From assembly GCA_046290465.1 (NCBI GenBank), contig JBKAGP010000001.1, forward strand, positions 1,664,001 to 1,728,000: 64,000 bases of DNA, read 5' to 3'. The notes beneath the pieces are model-generated. The model saw only the letters and a program-made list of their open reading frames with translations, was not told the origin of the DNA and searched no databases. This document shows, piece by piece, positions 29,134 to 38,825 of the stretch. The position numbers and the translations under genes are program-made. This stretch comes from Planctomycetota bacterium. Its GTDB lineage: Bacteria > Planctomycetota > UBA1135 > UBA2386. Every line of letters starts with the position of its first letter. Position 1 is the stretch's first letter.

Positions 29134-31752
29134 ATGATCAAGGTTCAGACCCTGCGCTTGCGCGGCCTCTGTGCGTCCTCCCTGTTGGCCCTCGCCGCTT
29201 GCTCCGGCACGCCGACGGACTTCGTTGACGTCCAGACCGGCTCTTCCGAAGGCACCCCGCTGACGAAGACGACCACCCTCGACGACATCACCTACGGCGT
29301 CCAAGACCCGCAAGGCCAAGACCCGCAAGGGCGCGCCGCCCTCGTCAAGAAGGCGGTCGAGAACGCTCGCCGTTCGCTCGAGCTGCGCCTGTTCGAGGAC
29401 GCCCGCAACGAAGCCGCGTTCGCGCTCGAACTCGACTCGAACAACGCCGAGGCGCGCGACATCCTGCGTCGCTGCCGTCAGGTGCTCGGCGAGGAGACCA
29501 ACGCCGGCGACAACAGCTTCCGCAACCTGGTGATGACCGAGCGCATCAAGCAGGAACGGGAGCGCGCGCTGGTCAACAACGAGATCGCCCTCGGCAAGGC
29601 CGAGATGGACCTCGAGAACTACGGCCGCGCGATCGACCGCTTCGAGCGCGCCGTCACGGCCCTGCGCTTCTCGGCCTACGTGCAGCCCAACGACCCGCTT
29701 CGCACCGAAGCCGAGTCGCTGCTCGAGCAGGCTCGCCAGGCCAGCCGCAGCGCGCTGCAGCAGGCCGAGCAGGACGCCAAGGCCGCCAGTGAGGCCGAGC
29801 TCGCCCGCATCGCGCGCGACCGGGAGATCGCCCGCGAGCTGAGCGTCGAGCGCCTGCTGGAAGCCGCCAACGTCAAGTTCCAGAACGGCGAGTACGCCGA
29901 CTCGGTCAACCTGGTCGACCAGGCCCTGCGCCTCGACCCGATCAACCCGACGGCGATGGCGCTCCGCGACCTCGCCGACCGCGCGCGCCACAACGCGCAG
30001 ATGGACCTCAACCGCGAGCGCTGGCGCACCGAGTGGAACAAGACGTTCACCGAGCTGAAGCACAGCGCCGTGCCGCAGACCGAGACGGTCGTGTTCGACC
30101 CGTCGCGCTGGGCGGTCGTCAACCAGCGCAAGCCGGCCAGCTACGCGCAGGCCGAGTCGCTCGAGTCGCCGCAGAACCAGGCGGTGCAGAAGCTGCTGAA
30201 CGAGACCGTGCTCGAGCACAACTTCGCCAGCGCCACCGTCGAGGACTGGGCCAACTACTACGCCCAGGTCACCGGCGCGACGTTCTTCGTCAGCGAAGAC
30301 GTCAAGGGCATGGACGCCGAGACGACCACGCTCAACGAGTTCCGCCTGCCGCGCCGCTCGGTCGCGGGCGCGCTGAAGGCCATCCAGGCCACGACTGGCG
30401 TCGCCTACAAGATCAAGGACGGCCTGGTCATGCTGGTCACGCCGGAGAACGCGATCGGCAAGCTCGACCTGCAGCCGTTCAACGTCACCGAGCTGGTCTC
30501 GGGCGTGCAGAGCAAGCCGGGTCCCGACCTGCGCCTGAAGGTGCCGGGCGACGACGCGCCGCTGTTCCCCGAGGTCGATGAGGAGCCGCAGCCGTCGGTC
30601 GTCGACGACACCCGTCTGGTCGAGCTGCTGCAGGCGACGATCGCCCCCGACAAGTGGGAAGGCTCGCCGTTCACGATGAACTTCCAGGGCGGCGTGCTCT
30701 ACGTGCGCGCCGACCGCCCGACGCTCGAAGCCGTCGGCAAGCTGCTCAACGAGCTGCGCCGCCACGTCGGCATCCAGATCGACATCGAGTCGCGCTTCCT
30801 GAGCGTCGAGGACAGCTTCCTCGAGGACGTCGGCATCGACCTCCGCGGCCTGGGCAACCAGAGCGCGCAGGGCCTCGCCGGTCGCGGCCTCGAGAAGCAG
30901 GGCGACCGCTCGAACGCCGGCTTCGACGACTTCGGCCCCCGCCAGCAGCAGAACGCCGCGGTGCCCGGCATCGTCGGCACCGGCACCGAGCCGGGCATCT
31001 TCTTCGACGACGGCGAGGACGGCGACGCGATGGCCCGCGTCGAGAACCTGTTCAACTCGACGCTCGGCGGCCGCAACGGCGGCCTGACGAACGCCGGCGG
31101 CCTGTCGCTGCAATACGCCTTCCTCGACGACACCGAGGTCGAGGTCGTGCTGCGTGCGGTCAGCAAGCAGGAGCGTTCGGAGCAGATCGAGGCGCCGCGC
31201 CTGCTGGTGTTCAACAACACCCGCGCGTCGATGCACTTCCTGCGGAACATCAGCTACATCCGCGACTTCGAGGTCGAAATCGCGCAGGCGGCGGCGGTGG
31301 CCAACCCGGTCATCGGCACCGTGCACGACGGCGTCGCGCTGGACGTGCGCCCCGTCGTCGACAGCGACCTGAAGTTCATCACGATGGAGCTCCGCCCCAC
31401 CGTGATGGCGCTGCAGCTGCCGATCCCGACGTTCACGACGACGCTCGGCGTCGGCCAGCCGATCTCGATCCAGCTGCCGGAGGTCACCCTCCAGCGCGTC
31501 CGCACGACGGTCACCGTCCCGGACGGCAGCACGATGATGCTCGGCGGCATGCGCCTCGTGGAGCGCCAGAACCTGCGTTCGACGGTCCCGCTGCTCGGCA
31601 GCCTGCCGGGCCTCAGCTGGCTGTTCAGCCGCAACGGCACGTCGGTCCAGAACCGCAAGATGCTGATCCTGATCCGCAGCAAGATCGTGCTGATGGAAGA
31701 GCTCGAGCCGGATCCGGCGACCCTGCCGACCGACATCATCTCGATGCGCTAG
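29134..31752 (+). CDS. Secretin-family outer-membrane lipoprotein A with N-terminal TPR/coiled-coil region
   Basis: Lipobox LALAAC. N3-like segment (LYVRA...VGKLLNELRR), QIDIESRFL, APRLLVFNN, GVALDVRPVV, TTVTVPDGSTMMLGG, VPLLGSLP.LSWLF..K.LILIR: the secretin C-domain signature. Confidence 0.88.
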   Translation: MIKVQTLRLRGLCASSLLALAACSGTPTDFVDVQTGSSEGTPLTKTTTLDDITYGVQDPQGQDPQGRAALVKKAVENARRSLELRLFEDARNEAAFALELDSNNAEARDILRRCRQVLGEETNAGDNSFRNLVMTERIKQERERALVNNEIALGKAEMDLENYGRAIDRFERAVTALRFSAYVQPNDPLRTEAESLLEQARQASRSALQQAEQDAKAASEAELARIARDREIARELSVERLLEAANVKFQNGEYADSVNLVDQALRLDPINPTAMALRDLADRARHNAQMDLNRERWRTEWNKTFTELKHSAVPQTETVVFDPSRWAVVNQRKPASYAQAESLESPQNQAVQKLLNETVLEHNFASATVEDWANYYAQVTGATFFVSEDVKGMDAETTTLNEFRLPRRSVAGALKAIQATTGVAYKIKDGLVMLVTPENAIGKLDLQPFNVTELVSGVQSKPGPDLRLKVPGDDAPLFPEVDEEPQPSVVDDTRLVELLQATIAPDKWEGSPFTMNFQGGVLYVRADRPTLEAVGKLLNELRRHVGIQIDIESRFLSVEDSFLEDVGIDLRGLGNQSAQGLAGRGLEKQGDRSNAGFDDFGPRQQQNAAVPGIVGTGTEPGIFFDDGEDGDAMARVENLFNSTLGGRNGGLTNAGGLSLQYAFLDDTEVEVVLRAVSKQERSEQIEAPRLLVFNNTRASMHFLRNISYIRDFEVEIAQAAAVANPVIGTVHDGVALDVRPVVDSDLKFITMELRPTVMALQLPIPTFTTTLGVGQPISIQLPEVTLQRVRTTVTVPDGSTMMLGGMRLVERQNLRSTVPLLGSLPGLSWLFSRNGTSVQNRKMLILIRSKIVLMEELEPDPATLPTDIISMR

Positions 31753-31794
31753 GCAGCTGCATCACCGGCCGGTGGACCCACCAGCCAGAAGAAG

Positions 31795-31832
31795 ACGGCC
31801 GGCATCGCAAGATGCCGGCCGTTTCGGTTTTG
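31795..31832 (+). terminator. Intrinsic terminator after secretin A
   Basis: 12-bp perfect stem ACGGCCGGCATC-GCAA-GATGCCGGCCGT followed by TTCGGTTTT. Confidence 0.75.
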
Positions 31833-32102
31833 CGCGCATGCCGGCCCGGCGCCCTCCGACGCCCGCGACGTGCGCCGCGACCGCGGCGGCCCGCCCCTCC
31901 CCCGCCGACGCCGCCTTGGAACACATGAACCCATCGCTATCCTGCGCCGTTCCACCCCTCGGCGGAGTGCGGCTTTGGCCCCCGAACCCGCACTCTGATC
32001 GCGACTTCCGGTGCCGTCTCCCCTCGTCGGCACCCGTCCACCCATTTTCGGTTCCCGAATTCCCTGCAGCCCTTCTCTGCAGCCAACCATCGGAGTCTGT
32101 CT

Positions 32103-34985
32103 GTGATCAGCCTTCTCGCGCGCCTCGACGGCGCCAAGTTCGCGGCGCTCGCGCTTGCCATCGGCACGCTTTCGCCTGCCCTGCTCGCCCAGGATCAGCT
32201 GGGTCGCGAGATCAACTTCGTGCGTGCCCTCGCCAAGGACATGCGCTTCATCGAGCTGGCCAAGTCCGAGGCGGAGCGCCTCGCGACCGCGTTCCGCGGC
32301 GCCGGTGACCAGGACAAGATCGCGCAACTGTCGGTCGAGGTCGCCTACTACGGCGCCCGCTCGCGCAGCGACCGCAACCAGCAGCGCGCGCTGTTCAAGG
32401 AGACCGTCGACAAGTCGCAGGACCTGATCGACCGCTCGACGGACGCCGACGTCAAGCTGCAGGCGCAGTCGACGCTGGCCAACGCGACGCAGGACTTCGG
32501 CCAGTTCCTGATCGAGGAACTCGACATCGCGCGCACCGAGTCGCCGGAGCGCGTCGCCGAACTGCAGGCCGAGGCGATCGAGGTCCTGAAGGCCGGCAAG
32601 GCCGCCTGCAAGGACGTTCGCGCCGCGCTCGAGAGCCAGCGGGGCGACGACCCGCAGAAGGAGATCGAGTTCTTCCTGATGTGGATGAAGGAAGCCGTGC
32701 TGACGCGCGAGCAGGCCAAGGCCGACAAGGAGAACCGCAACGTGCTCGTCGACCGCGCCATCGAGGAGCTCGAAGAGATGGTGCTCGAAGCCGGCGAGGA
32801 GTCGGCGCTCGGCCTGCGCGGCCTGTTCGAGATCGCGCAGTGCTACGAGGTCAAGGGCGAGATGTCCGAGGCCATCGACTGGTACAGCAGCACCATCGAG
32901 TCGATCACGACCGCGCTGAGCGACCACGAGAAGGGCGAGCTGCAGCTGACCGGCGACATGCTGAACTTCCTGTTCGGCATGATGCAGGAGGTCTACGTGC
33001 GCGCCGGTGAGACGATGGCCCGCGAAGGCGCCGAGGGCACCGAGGAGCTGTTCACCAACTTCCGCAAGCACATTGCGCAGTTCGGCGAGAAGGGCGTCGA
33101 CCTGTTCGACGTGGTCTCGGAGAGCTACGGCCACCTGATGCTGCTCGCCGAGAGCCGCTGGAAGGCCGAGTCCGGCGACCCGCAGAAGGTGCAGGAAGCG
33201 CTCGCGATGACGCAGCGCATCAACGACAAGCACCCGGCCGACTACGTCGGCGTCAAGGCCAAGGCCGTGCTGGCCGACATCCTGGCGCTGCAGAAGGACC
33301 TGGTGTCGGGCTCGCTGCTGTTCGAGGTCGGCAAGGGCGAACTGCAGAAGAAGAACTACGAGGCCGCGGTCCAGAACCTGCGCGGCGCGATCGCCGCGTT
33401 GACCGCCGAGGAGAAGAAGACCCTCGGCATGGAAGCGCACCTGATGCTCGGCAACGCCTACCGCCGCACCGACCGCCAGCTCGAGGCGATCATCGCGCTG
33501 GTCGAGGGCGCCAAGCTCTACGGCGACAAGGCCGACCCGATCTCCAACGACGCCGGCGACGCGATCGACCGCGCGGTCTCGGCGCACAAGCGCGAGACCA
33601 AGGACGATCCGTTCTTCGCCAGCTTCTGGAGCGAGGCGATCAACGAGGCCGCCAAGATCAACACCGGCGGCGCCGACAAGGTCGCCTACAAGGAAGGCAC
33701 CAAGCTGTTCAACGAACGCAAGTGGGCCGAGGCCGCAGCGGAGTTCGCCAAGGTCACCTCCGACTACGTCTACTACGAGCAGGCCGCGGTGCGCGTCGCG
33801 CGCGCCTACGCGTCGGCCGGCGACTTCGCCAAGTCGCGCGAGGCGCTCGCCAAGTACCGCCAGTACGTCGCCGGCAACGAACTGCACGCCCGCGACACCG
33901 GCAAGCAGCAGGTCCGCAAGGCCGCGCTCGCGTCGGGCGCCTACAACGACGTGCAGATCGCCTACTACGAAGCGCGCGGCAACGACAAGTTCGGCATCGA
34001 GCGCGACCTGTCGAAGTACGGCGCCGCGGTCGACGCGGTGAACAACTTCCTCAGCAACTTCTCGGCCGACGGCGACGTCTACGTGCCGCAGGTGCTGGCC
34101 TTCCTCGGCCGCCTGCACATCGACACCGGCGCGCTCGACAAGGCCGAGCAGGCCTACACGCAGCTGAAGGGCAAGGACGGCACGCGCGCCGCGCGTCTGG
34201 CGACCGAGATCTTCAAGGAGTACCAGAACCAGGTGAAGGGCCTCGTCGCCGAGCTCGACAAGGGCATCGCCGCGGGCAAGACGGACCAGCAGCTGGCCGA
34301 CCAGAACCGCGAGATCGCGGAGGCCCGCCGCAAGCTGACCGCGCTCGGCACCGACTACATCAAGAGCTCGCCGGAGCCGCAGCTCGCGATCCTGGTCAAC
34401 ACGATGCTCAACTGGCAGCAGCTCGAGGAGTGGGAGCGCGTCGACGAGGTCGCCAAGAAGACCCTGGCGCTCTACGGCGACGTCAGCGACGAGGCTTCGA
34501 AGAACGTCGTCGACCAGCTGGTCCGCCCGATGGTCGGTGAGGCGCTGCTGCAGCAGCGTCGCTTCCAGGAGGCCTACGACATGCTGATCGCGGCCGAGAA
34601 GGCCAACCCGGCCCAGTGGGAGCTCAAGCGCCAGATCGCGCGTGCGCTCGGCGGCTGGTTCGAGTTCTCGAAGACGGGTGCCGCGGTTCGTGAGCCCGGC
34701 CTGGACCGTCCGATCGAGGCCTACATGAAGTACTACGGCGACCCCGAGAAGTCCTACCGCATCTGGGCGACGCGTCCGGACGTGAAGAAGTTCAGCCTCG
34801 AGTGGTACCGCTTCATGTGGGAGTCGTTCTGGTTCGCCAAGCAGGCCGGCAAGAAGGACAGCAGCTACGAGGACATCGCCGACAAGTTCTACCGCATCGC
34901 GCGGAGCACGAACGACTTCGCGACCCTGCTGACCTACGGCGCGGAAGGCAAGAAGCTGCACAGCTACTTCCAGACCAACCGCTAG
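32103..34985 (+). CDS. Large exported TPR-like alpha-helical protein (960 aa)
   Basis: Signal peptide ending ALLA-Q; helical repeats (GLFEIAQCY..GEMSEAIDWY; AYKEGTKLFNERKWAEAAAEF); strong codon bias. Confidence 0.8.
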   Translation: MISLLARLDGAKFAALALAIGTLSPALLAQDQLGREINFVRALAKDMRFIELAKSEAERLATAFRGAGDQDKIAQLSVEVAYYGARSRSDRNQQRALFKETVDKSQDLIDRSTDADVKLQAQSTLANATQDFGQFLIEELDIARTESPERVAELQAEAIEVLKAGKAACKDVRAALESQRGDDPQKEIEFFLMWMKEAVLTREQAKADKENRNVLVDRAIEELEEMVLEAGEESALGLRGLFEIAQCYEVKGEMSEAIDWYSSTIESITTALSDHEKGELQLTGDMLNFLFGMMQEVYVRAGETMAREGAEGTEELFTNFRKHIAQFGEKGVDLFDVVSESYGHLMLLAESRWKAESGDPQKVQEALAMTQRINDKHPADYVGVKAKAVLADILALQKDLVSGSLLFEVGKGELQKKNYEAAVQNLRGAIAALTAEEKKTLGMEAHLMLGNAYRRTDRQLEAIIALVEGAKLYGDKADPISNDAGDAIDRAVSAHKRETKDDPFFASFWSEAINEAAKINTGGADKVAYKEGTKLFNERKWAEAAAEFAKVTSDYVYYEQAAVRVARAYASAGDFAKSREALAKYRQYVAGNELHARDTGKQQVRKAALASGAYNDVQIAYYEARGNDKFGIERDLSKYGAAVDAVNNFLSNFSADGDVYVPQVLAFLGRLHIDTGALDKAEQAYTQLKGKDGTRAARLATEIFKEYQNQVKGLVAELDKGIAAGKTDQQLADQNREIAEARRKLTALGTDYIKSSPEPQLAILVNTMLNWQQLEEWERVDEVAKKTLALYGDVSDEASKNVVDQLVRPMVGEALLQQRRFQEAYDMLIAAEKANPAQWELKRQIARALGGWFEFSKTGAAVREPGLDRPIEAYMKYYGDPEKSYRIWATRPDVKKFSLEWYRFMWESFWFAKQAGKKDSSYEDIADKFYRIARSTNDFATLLTYGAEGKKLHSYFQTNR

Positions 34986-35021
34986 TCCCCCACCGCAACA
35001 CACATCCAAGGACTGACCACG

Positions 35022-36140
35022 ATGCGATTCCTCCCCCTGTTGTTGCCGGTGGCGCTGCTGCTGCCGGCCACCGCGACCGCCCAGAAGATCAACGACGTCG
35101 TCCTCAAGAAGGACGGCGCGCGGGTGCGCGGTCTCGAGATCACCGACTTCCTGCTCTCGGGCGTGCGCGGCAAGCGCGGCTCGGATGACTTCGAGCTGCC
35201 CGCGCACCTCGTCAAGGACATCGAGTGGAGCGACCTGCCCGAAGAGTTCACCGCCGGCAAGGGCGCGATGGGCCGCGGCGACTTCGCCGCCGCCGCGCAG
35301 TTCTTCGGCGCGGTGCAGAGCGACCGGCCGCTGGTGAAGGCCGACGCCGAGTTCTTCAAGATCAAGGCCGCCGTCGCCGGCATCGGCGCGGACAAGGGCG
35401 CCGCCGCCACCGCGGCGTCGCACATGAAGGACTGGATCAGCAGCAACGTGAACCACTGGCGCACGCCCGAGGCCCTGCTGCTGCAGGGTCGCGCCGAGCG
35501 CCTGGCCGGCACCGCCGGCGCGGCCACGACGACGCTGAAGGAACTCGACGACCGCGCGATCCGCGACGGCTTCGGCACGATCTGGAGCGCGCGCGCCAAG
35601 TACGAACTGGCCCTGACGCTGGTCGCCGACGGCAAGGCCGCCGAGGCCCGCACGCAGTTCAAGTCGGCCAGCTCGGCCGCCGACACGGCGCTCAGCACGA
35701 CCGATACCGACAAGCCGGAGCTCGAGAACCTGAAGACGCTCGCGCGCGTCGGCGAAGGCGAGACCTACCTCGTCGACAAGGACTTCAAGCAGGCGGCGGC
35801 GTTCTTCAAGAGCCTCGCCAACAGCAGCACGCCCGCGCTGAAGGCCGCCGCGGCCGCCGGCGAGGGCGAAGCGATCTTCCTCGACGCCGTCGCCAAGGAC
35901 GACGCCAACGGCCTGCGCCGCGCGCAGATGGCGCTGGCTCGCGCCAGCGTCTTCGACAGCACCAGCGGCGAGTCGAGCGCCAAGGCGAACTACTACCTCG
36001 GCCGCTGCCTGCTGGCGCTCGGCGCGCAGAAGGAGGGCGACTCGTTCAAGCAACGCGCCCAGCAGTACTTCGAGATCGTCTACACGTCGTACCCGTCGAC
36101 CCGCTGGGCCGGCCTGGCGAAGACCGAGTCGCAGAAGTAG
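35022..36140 (+). CDS. Exported TPR-like protein with N-terminal small beta domain
   Basis: Signal peptide ..ATA-Q; DVVLKKDGARVRG beta motif; TPRs (AKANYYLGRC; YPSTRWA, a YbgF/CpoB-like C-terminus). Confidence 0.8.
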   Translation: MRFLPLLLPVALLLPATATAQKINDVVLKKDGARVRGLEITDFLLSGVRGKRGSDDFELPAHLVKDIEWSDLPEEFTAGKGAMGRGDFAAAAQFFGAVQSDRPLVKADAEFFKIKAAVAGIGADKGAAATAASHMKDWISSNVNHWRTPEALLLQGRAERLAGTAGAATTTLKELDDRAIRDGFGTIWSARAKYELALTLVADGKAAEARTQFKSASSAADTALSTTDTDKPELENLKTLARVGEGETYLVDKDFKQAAAFFKSLANSSTPALKAAAAAGEGEAIFLDAVAKDDANGLRRAQMALARASVFDSTSGESSAKANYYLGRCLLALGAQKEGDSFKQRAQQYFEIVYTSYPSTRWAGLAKTESQK

Positions 36141-36337
36141 TCGTCGCTCTGCCGCTGGGCCAACCCGCTGGGCCAACCCGCCTGGCAGGGCGCCACGAGG
36201 CCGTTCCCGGCGCAGATTTGTTTGCGCCGGGGGCTTCCCAGCGGCCCCCCGGTCGAGCAAACTTCCTCCCCCCTCTTTTTCGAATCCTTCGAAGCCCCTC
36301 TCCCCCGCCTCGCGCCCGTTGTGAGGCCGCAGTTCCC

Positions 36338-37060
36338 ATGATCCTCAAGCACGTGCCGTCCGTTCGGTTCCTCGCCGTTTCCGCGCCCCTTCTGTTCGCC
36401 AGCTCGCTGTTCGCCCAGGAAGGGGATGGCGGCGCGACGGAGAAGCCGGGCTTCCTCGAAGACGTCATCGACAACGCCGGCGTCATCGGTGGCCTCATCG
36501 TCCTCATGTCGATCATCGCGCTGGCGCTGATCATCGAGAACTTCATGTCGATCAAGCGCGAGAAGATCGCGCCGCCCGACCTGCTCGACGAGATCGAGGC
36601 GCTGTTCGACGGCGAGAACTTCCAGGACGCGGTCGAGCTGTGCGAGCAGGAGAAGAACTACATGACCAACGTCGTCGGCGCTGGTCTGTCGAAGCTCGGC
36701 CACGAGTTCGAGACCATGCAGACGTCGATCCGCGAGATGCAGACCGAGGAGTCGGTCAAGCTCTTCCAGAAGATCGGCTGGCTGTCGCTGATCTCGGCCA
36801 TCGCGCCGATGATGGGTCTGTTCGGCACGGTGACGGGCATGTTCGACACGTTCGGCACGATCGCGGCGTCGGGCGGCAACGTCTCGCCGGCGAAGCTCGC
36901 AGGCGGCATTAAGGGCGCGCTCGTCACGACGATGCTCGGCCTGATGGTCGCCATCCCGGTCGGCATCGGCTTCTTCGTGATGCGCAACCGCGTCATCCGC
37001 ACCTCGACGGAAGTCAACGCCATCACCGAGGACCTGTTCGAGCGCTTCCGCTCGAAGTAG
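36338..37060 (+). CDS. exbB: MotA/TolQ/ExbB proton-channel protein
   Basis: Signal-like N-terminus, TM1, then IAPMMGLFGTVTGM and GIKGALVTTMLGLMVAIP. Confidence 0.92.
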   Translation: MILKHVPSVRFLAVSAPLLFASSLFAQEGDGGATEKPGFLEDVIDNAGVIGGLIVLMSIIALALIIENFMSIKREKIAPPDLLDEIEALFDGENFQDAVELCEQEKNYMTNVVGAGLSKLGHEFETMQTSIREMQTEESVKLFQKIGWLSLISAIAPMMGLFGTVTGMFDTFGTIAASGGNVSPAKLAGGIKGALVTTMLGLMVAIPVGIGFFVMRNRVIRTSTEVNAITEDLFERFRSK

Positions 37061-37184
37061 TCCCCCGGAACAGGCCGATCCGAGCCGCACCGAACCTCCC
37101 GCACGGGAACCACGTTCGTAGCGGCCTGGATCTCACCCCGCATCGCGTCGCCCCACGGCGGCGCACAACCGGAGGAACCGCCGA

Positions 37185-37727
37185 GTGAACATCGAAAAAA
37201 TCGTTCAGGAGGAGCTCGACATGGACATGACGCCCATGATCGATTGCGTCTTCCTGCTGATGATCTTCTTCGTGCTGGTCATCGACCTCAGCCAGAAGAA
37301 CCTCGAGGACCTGATCCTGCCGCGTGCAGAGTTCCAGGAGCCTGACGACGAGCCGCCCGAGAACCGCCCGATCCTGAACGTGCTGCAGAACGGCACGGTC
37401 ATCTATCAGGGCAAGGTCTACTACGACGCGCTCAAGGACGGCAAGAACTACGCCCCCATCAAGAAGCTGCTCGCGGAGATCCGCCGTGTCGGCATCACCA
37501 ACAAGACGCTGCACCTCGTCCCGAAGGACGTCGGCGGGGTCGACGCGATGGTGATGGACGAGCCGGTGCTGATCCGTGCCGACAAGTGGACCGAATGGCA
37601 CTACGTCGGCGAGATCATGAAGCAGTGCTCGCAGCCCGACATCGCGTTCTGGAAGGTGCAGCTTGCCCTTTCGGAAGAGGACAAGGAAACCGGCGAGAAG
37701 AACACCAGCCTGACGAGGGGGCAGTAA
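37185..37727 (+). CDS. exbD: ExbD/TolR family protein 1
   Basis: DMTPMIDCVFLLMIFF with the essential TM Asp; periplasmic VLIRADK; GGAGG SD, GTG start. Confidence 0.9.
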   Translation: MNIEKIVQEELDMDMTPMIDCVFLLMIFFVLVIDLSQKNLEDLILPRAEFQEPDDEPPENRPILNVLQNGTVIYQGKVYYDALKDGKNYAPIKKLLAEIRRVGITNKTLHLVPKDVGGVDAMVMDEPVLIRADKWTEWHYVGEIMKQCSQPDIAFWKVQLALSEEDKETGEKNTSLTRGQ

Positions 37728-37730
37728 GCC

Positions 37731-38279
37731 ATGAGCGCAATCGACGACGCCCAGGAAGAAGCCAAGGCCGACATGACGCCGATGATCGACGTCGTGTTCC
37801 TGATGATCATCTTCTTCATCTGCATCGAGTTCAAAGTCCTCGAGTCGAAGCTCGACGCGTTCCTGCCGACGGACAAGGGCAGCCAGAACACCGTCGTGGA
37901 GCCCGAAGAGCAGCTCGCCATCAAGATCCACGTCGAGAGCAACGGCTCCAAGGACTTCAGCAAGTACGGTGGTCAGGGCATCAACCCGGGAACGGGTCGC
38001 CCGAACCGCTTCGTGCTGAACGGCCACAAGGTGAAGTGGGAGATCGGCCCGAAGCCGGTCTACTCGCTCGCCGAGGTCCAGAAGGAGCTGAAGCGGATCG
38101 CCGACGATCCGGCCAGCCAGATCCCGGACAAGAAGACCGGTGGCACCAAGCTGATGAGCTGTGTCATCGAGGCCTACCCGGGCACCTACTACGAAGACGT
38201 CGCCAAGACCAACGACGCCGCCAACAACGCCGGCTTCACGGAAGTCAACTTCGGCGGCGGCCTCGGCCCGGGCAAGTAG
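37731..38279 (+). CDS. exbD: ExbD/TolR family protein 2
   Basis: DMTPMIDVVFLMIIFF with the essential Asp; C-terminal VIEA..GTYYEDV..AGFTEVNF. Confidence 0.88.
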   Translation: MSAIDDAQEEAKADMTPMIDVVFLMIIFFICIEFKVLESKLDAFLPTDKGSQNTVVEPEEQLAIKIHVESNGSKDFSKYGGQGINPGTGRPNRFVLNGHKVKWEIGPKPVYSLAEVQKELKRIADDPASQIPDKKTGGTKLMSCVIEAYPGTYYEDVAKTNDAANNAGFTEVNFGGGLGPGK

Positions 38280-38405
38280 GGCAGCAGACGCGGGCAACTC
38301 CAGCCCGCTTCTCCAGCCAGCTCCTCTTGCAAGCTGGCCGCTGCACTCTCCCGCTGCACTCTCCCGCTGGCCGCAGCCCGCCCCCCGCGGGCAGCTCGGC
38401 GCCCC

Positions 38406-38444
38406 GAACAGGCCCGCACCCCGGTGCGGGCCTGTTCTGGTTTT
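38406..38444 (+). terminator. Intrinsic terminator after exbD2
   Basis: 14-bp stem GAACAGGCCCGCAC-CCCG-GTGCGGGCCTGTTC followed by TGGTTTT. Confidence 0.75.
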
Positions 38445-38825
38445 GCAGTGCCTCGCGGCCGCGCCCACCCCACCCCGGTCGGGTTCTCGAGTACTGCCCC
38501 GGCATTGCGACACTGCCGGCCGCAACCACGCCCCCATTGGCTCCACAACCCACTGCCACATCGCGAAAAACCCCTGGCACGACCTCTCGGGTGCCGCTAG
38601 CGTTTGGCCCCTTGCGACCGGCTCTCCCTACGTTTGCCGGCCGCAACAACGTCCGCTCCGTGTCGTCGCAAGTCCCTCTCGATCGGTCGCATGTGAAACG
38701 TCCCCTCCACATGCGGCGATGCCTCCACATCGTGTTCGTCCACCGATCGCTTGTCGCCGTCTCGGAAATCGGGCCCATCCCCAATGGGTCCAATCGCAAT
38801 CTGGTTACGCACCGAGCGTGAAACG

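Noticed and set aside
31749..36260. Very long antisense ORFs (1503 aa here; also 8939-12829, 4769-8677, 56291-60118, 38805-41558)
   Set aside because: Shadow ORFs of real genes, caused by high GC and codon bias; Arg/Ala/Gly-rich with no motifs.
36279..36293. TTCGAA-TCC-TTCGAA palindrome upstream of exbB as an operator
   Set aside because: Short, single occurrence and no matching regulator; cannot be told from chance.
36338..38279. Ordinary TonB-ExbBD iron uptake or Tol-Pal operon
   Set aside because: No TonB/TolA, TolB, Pal or TonB-dependent receptor nearby and no Fur-like box upstream. An unlinked TonB elsewhere cannot be excluded.
38574..38590. Sigma54 promoter (TGGCACG) upstream of secretin B
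   Set aside because: The -12 element reads CTCG rather than TTGC.
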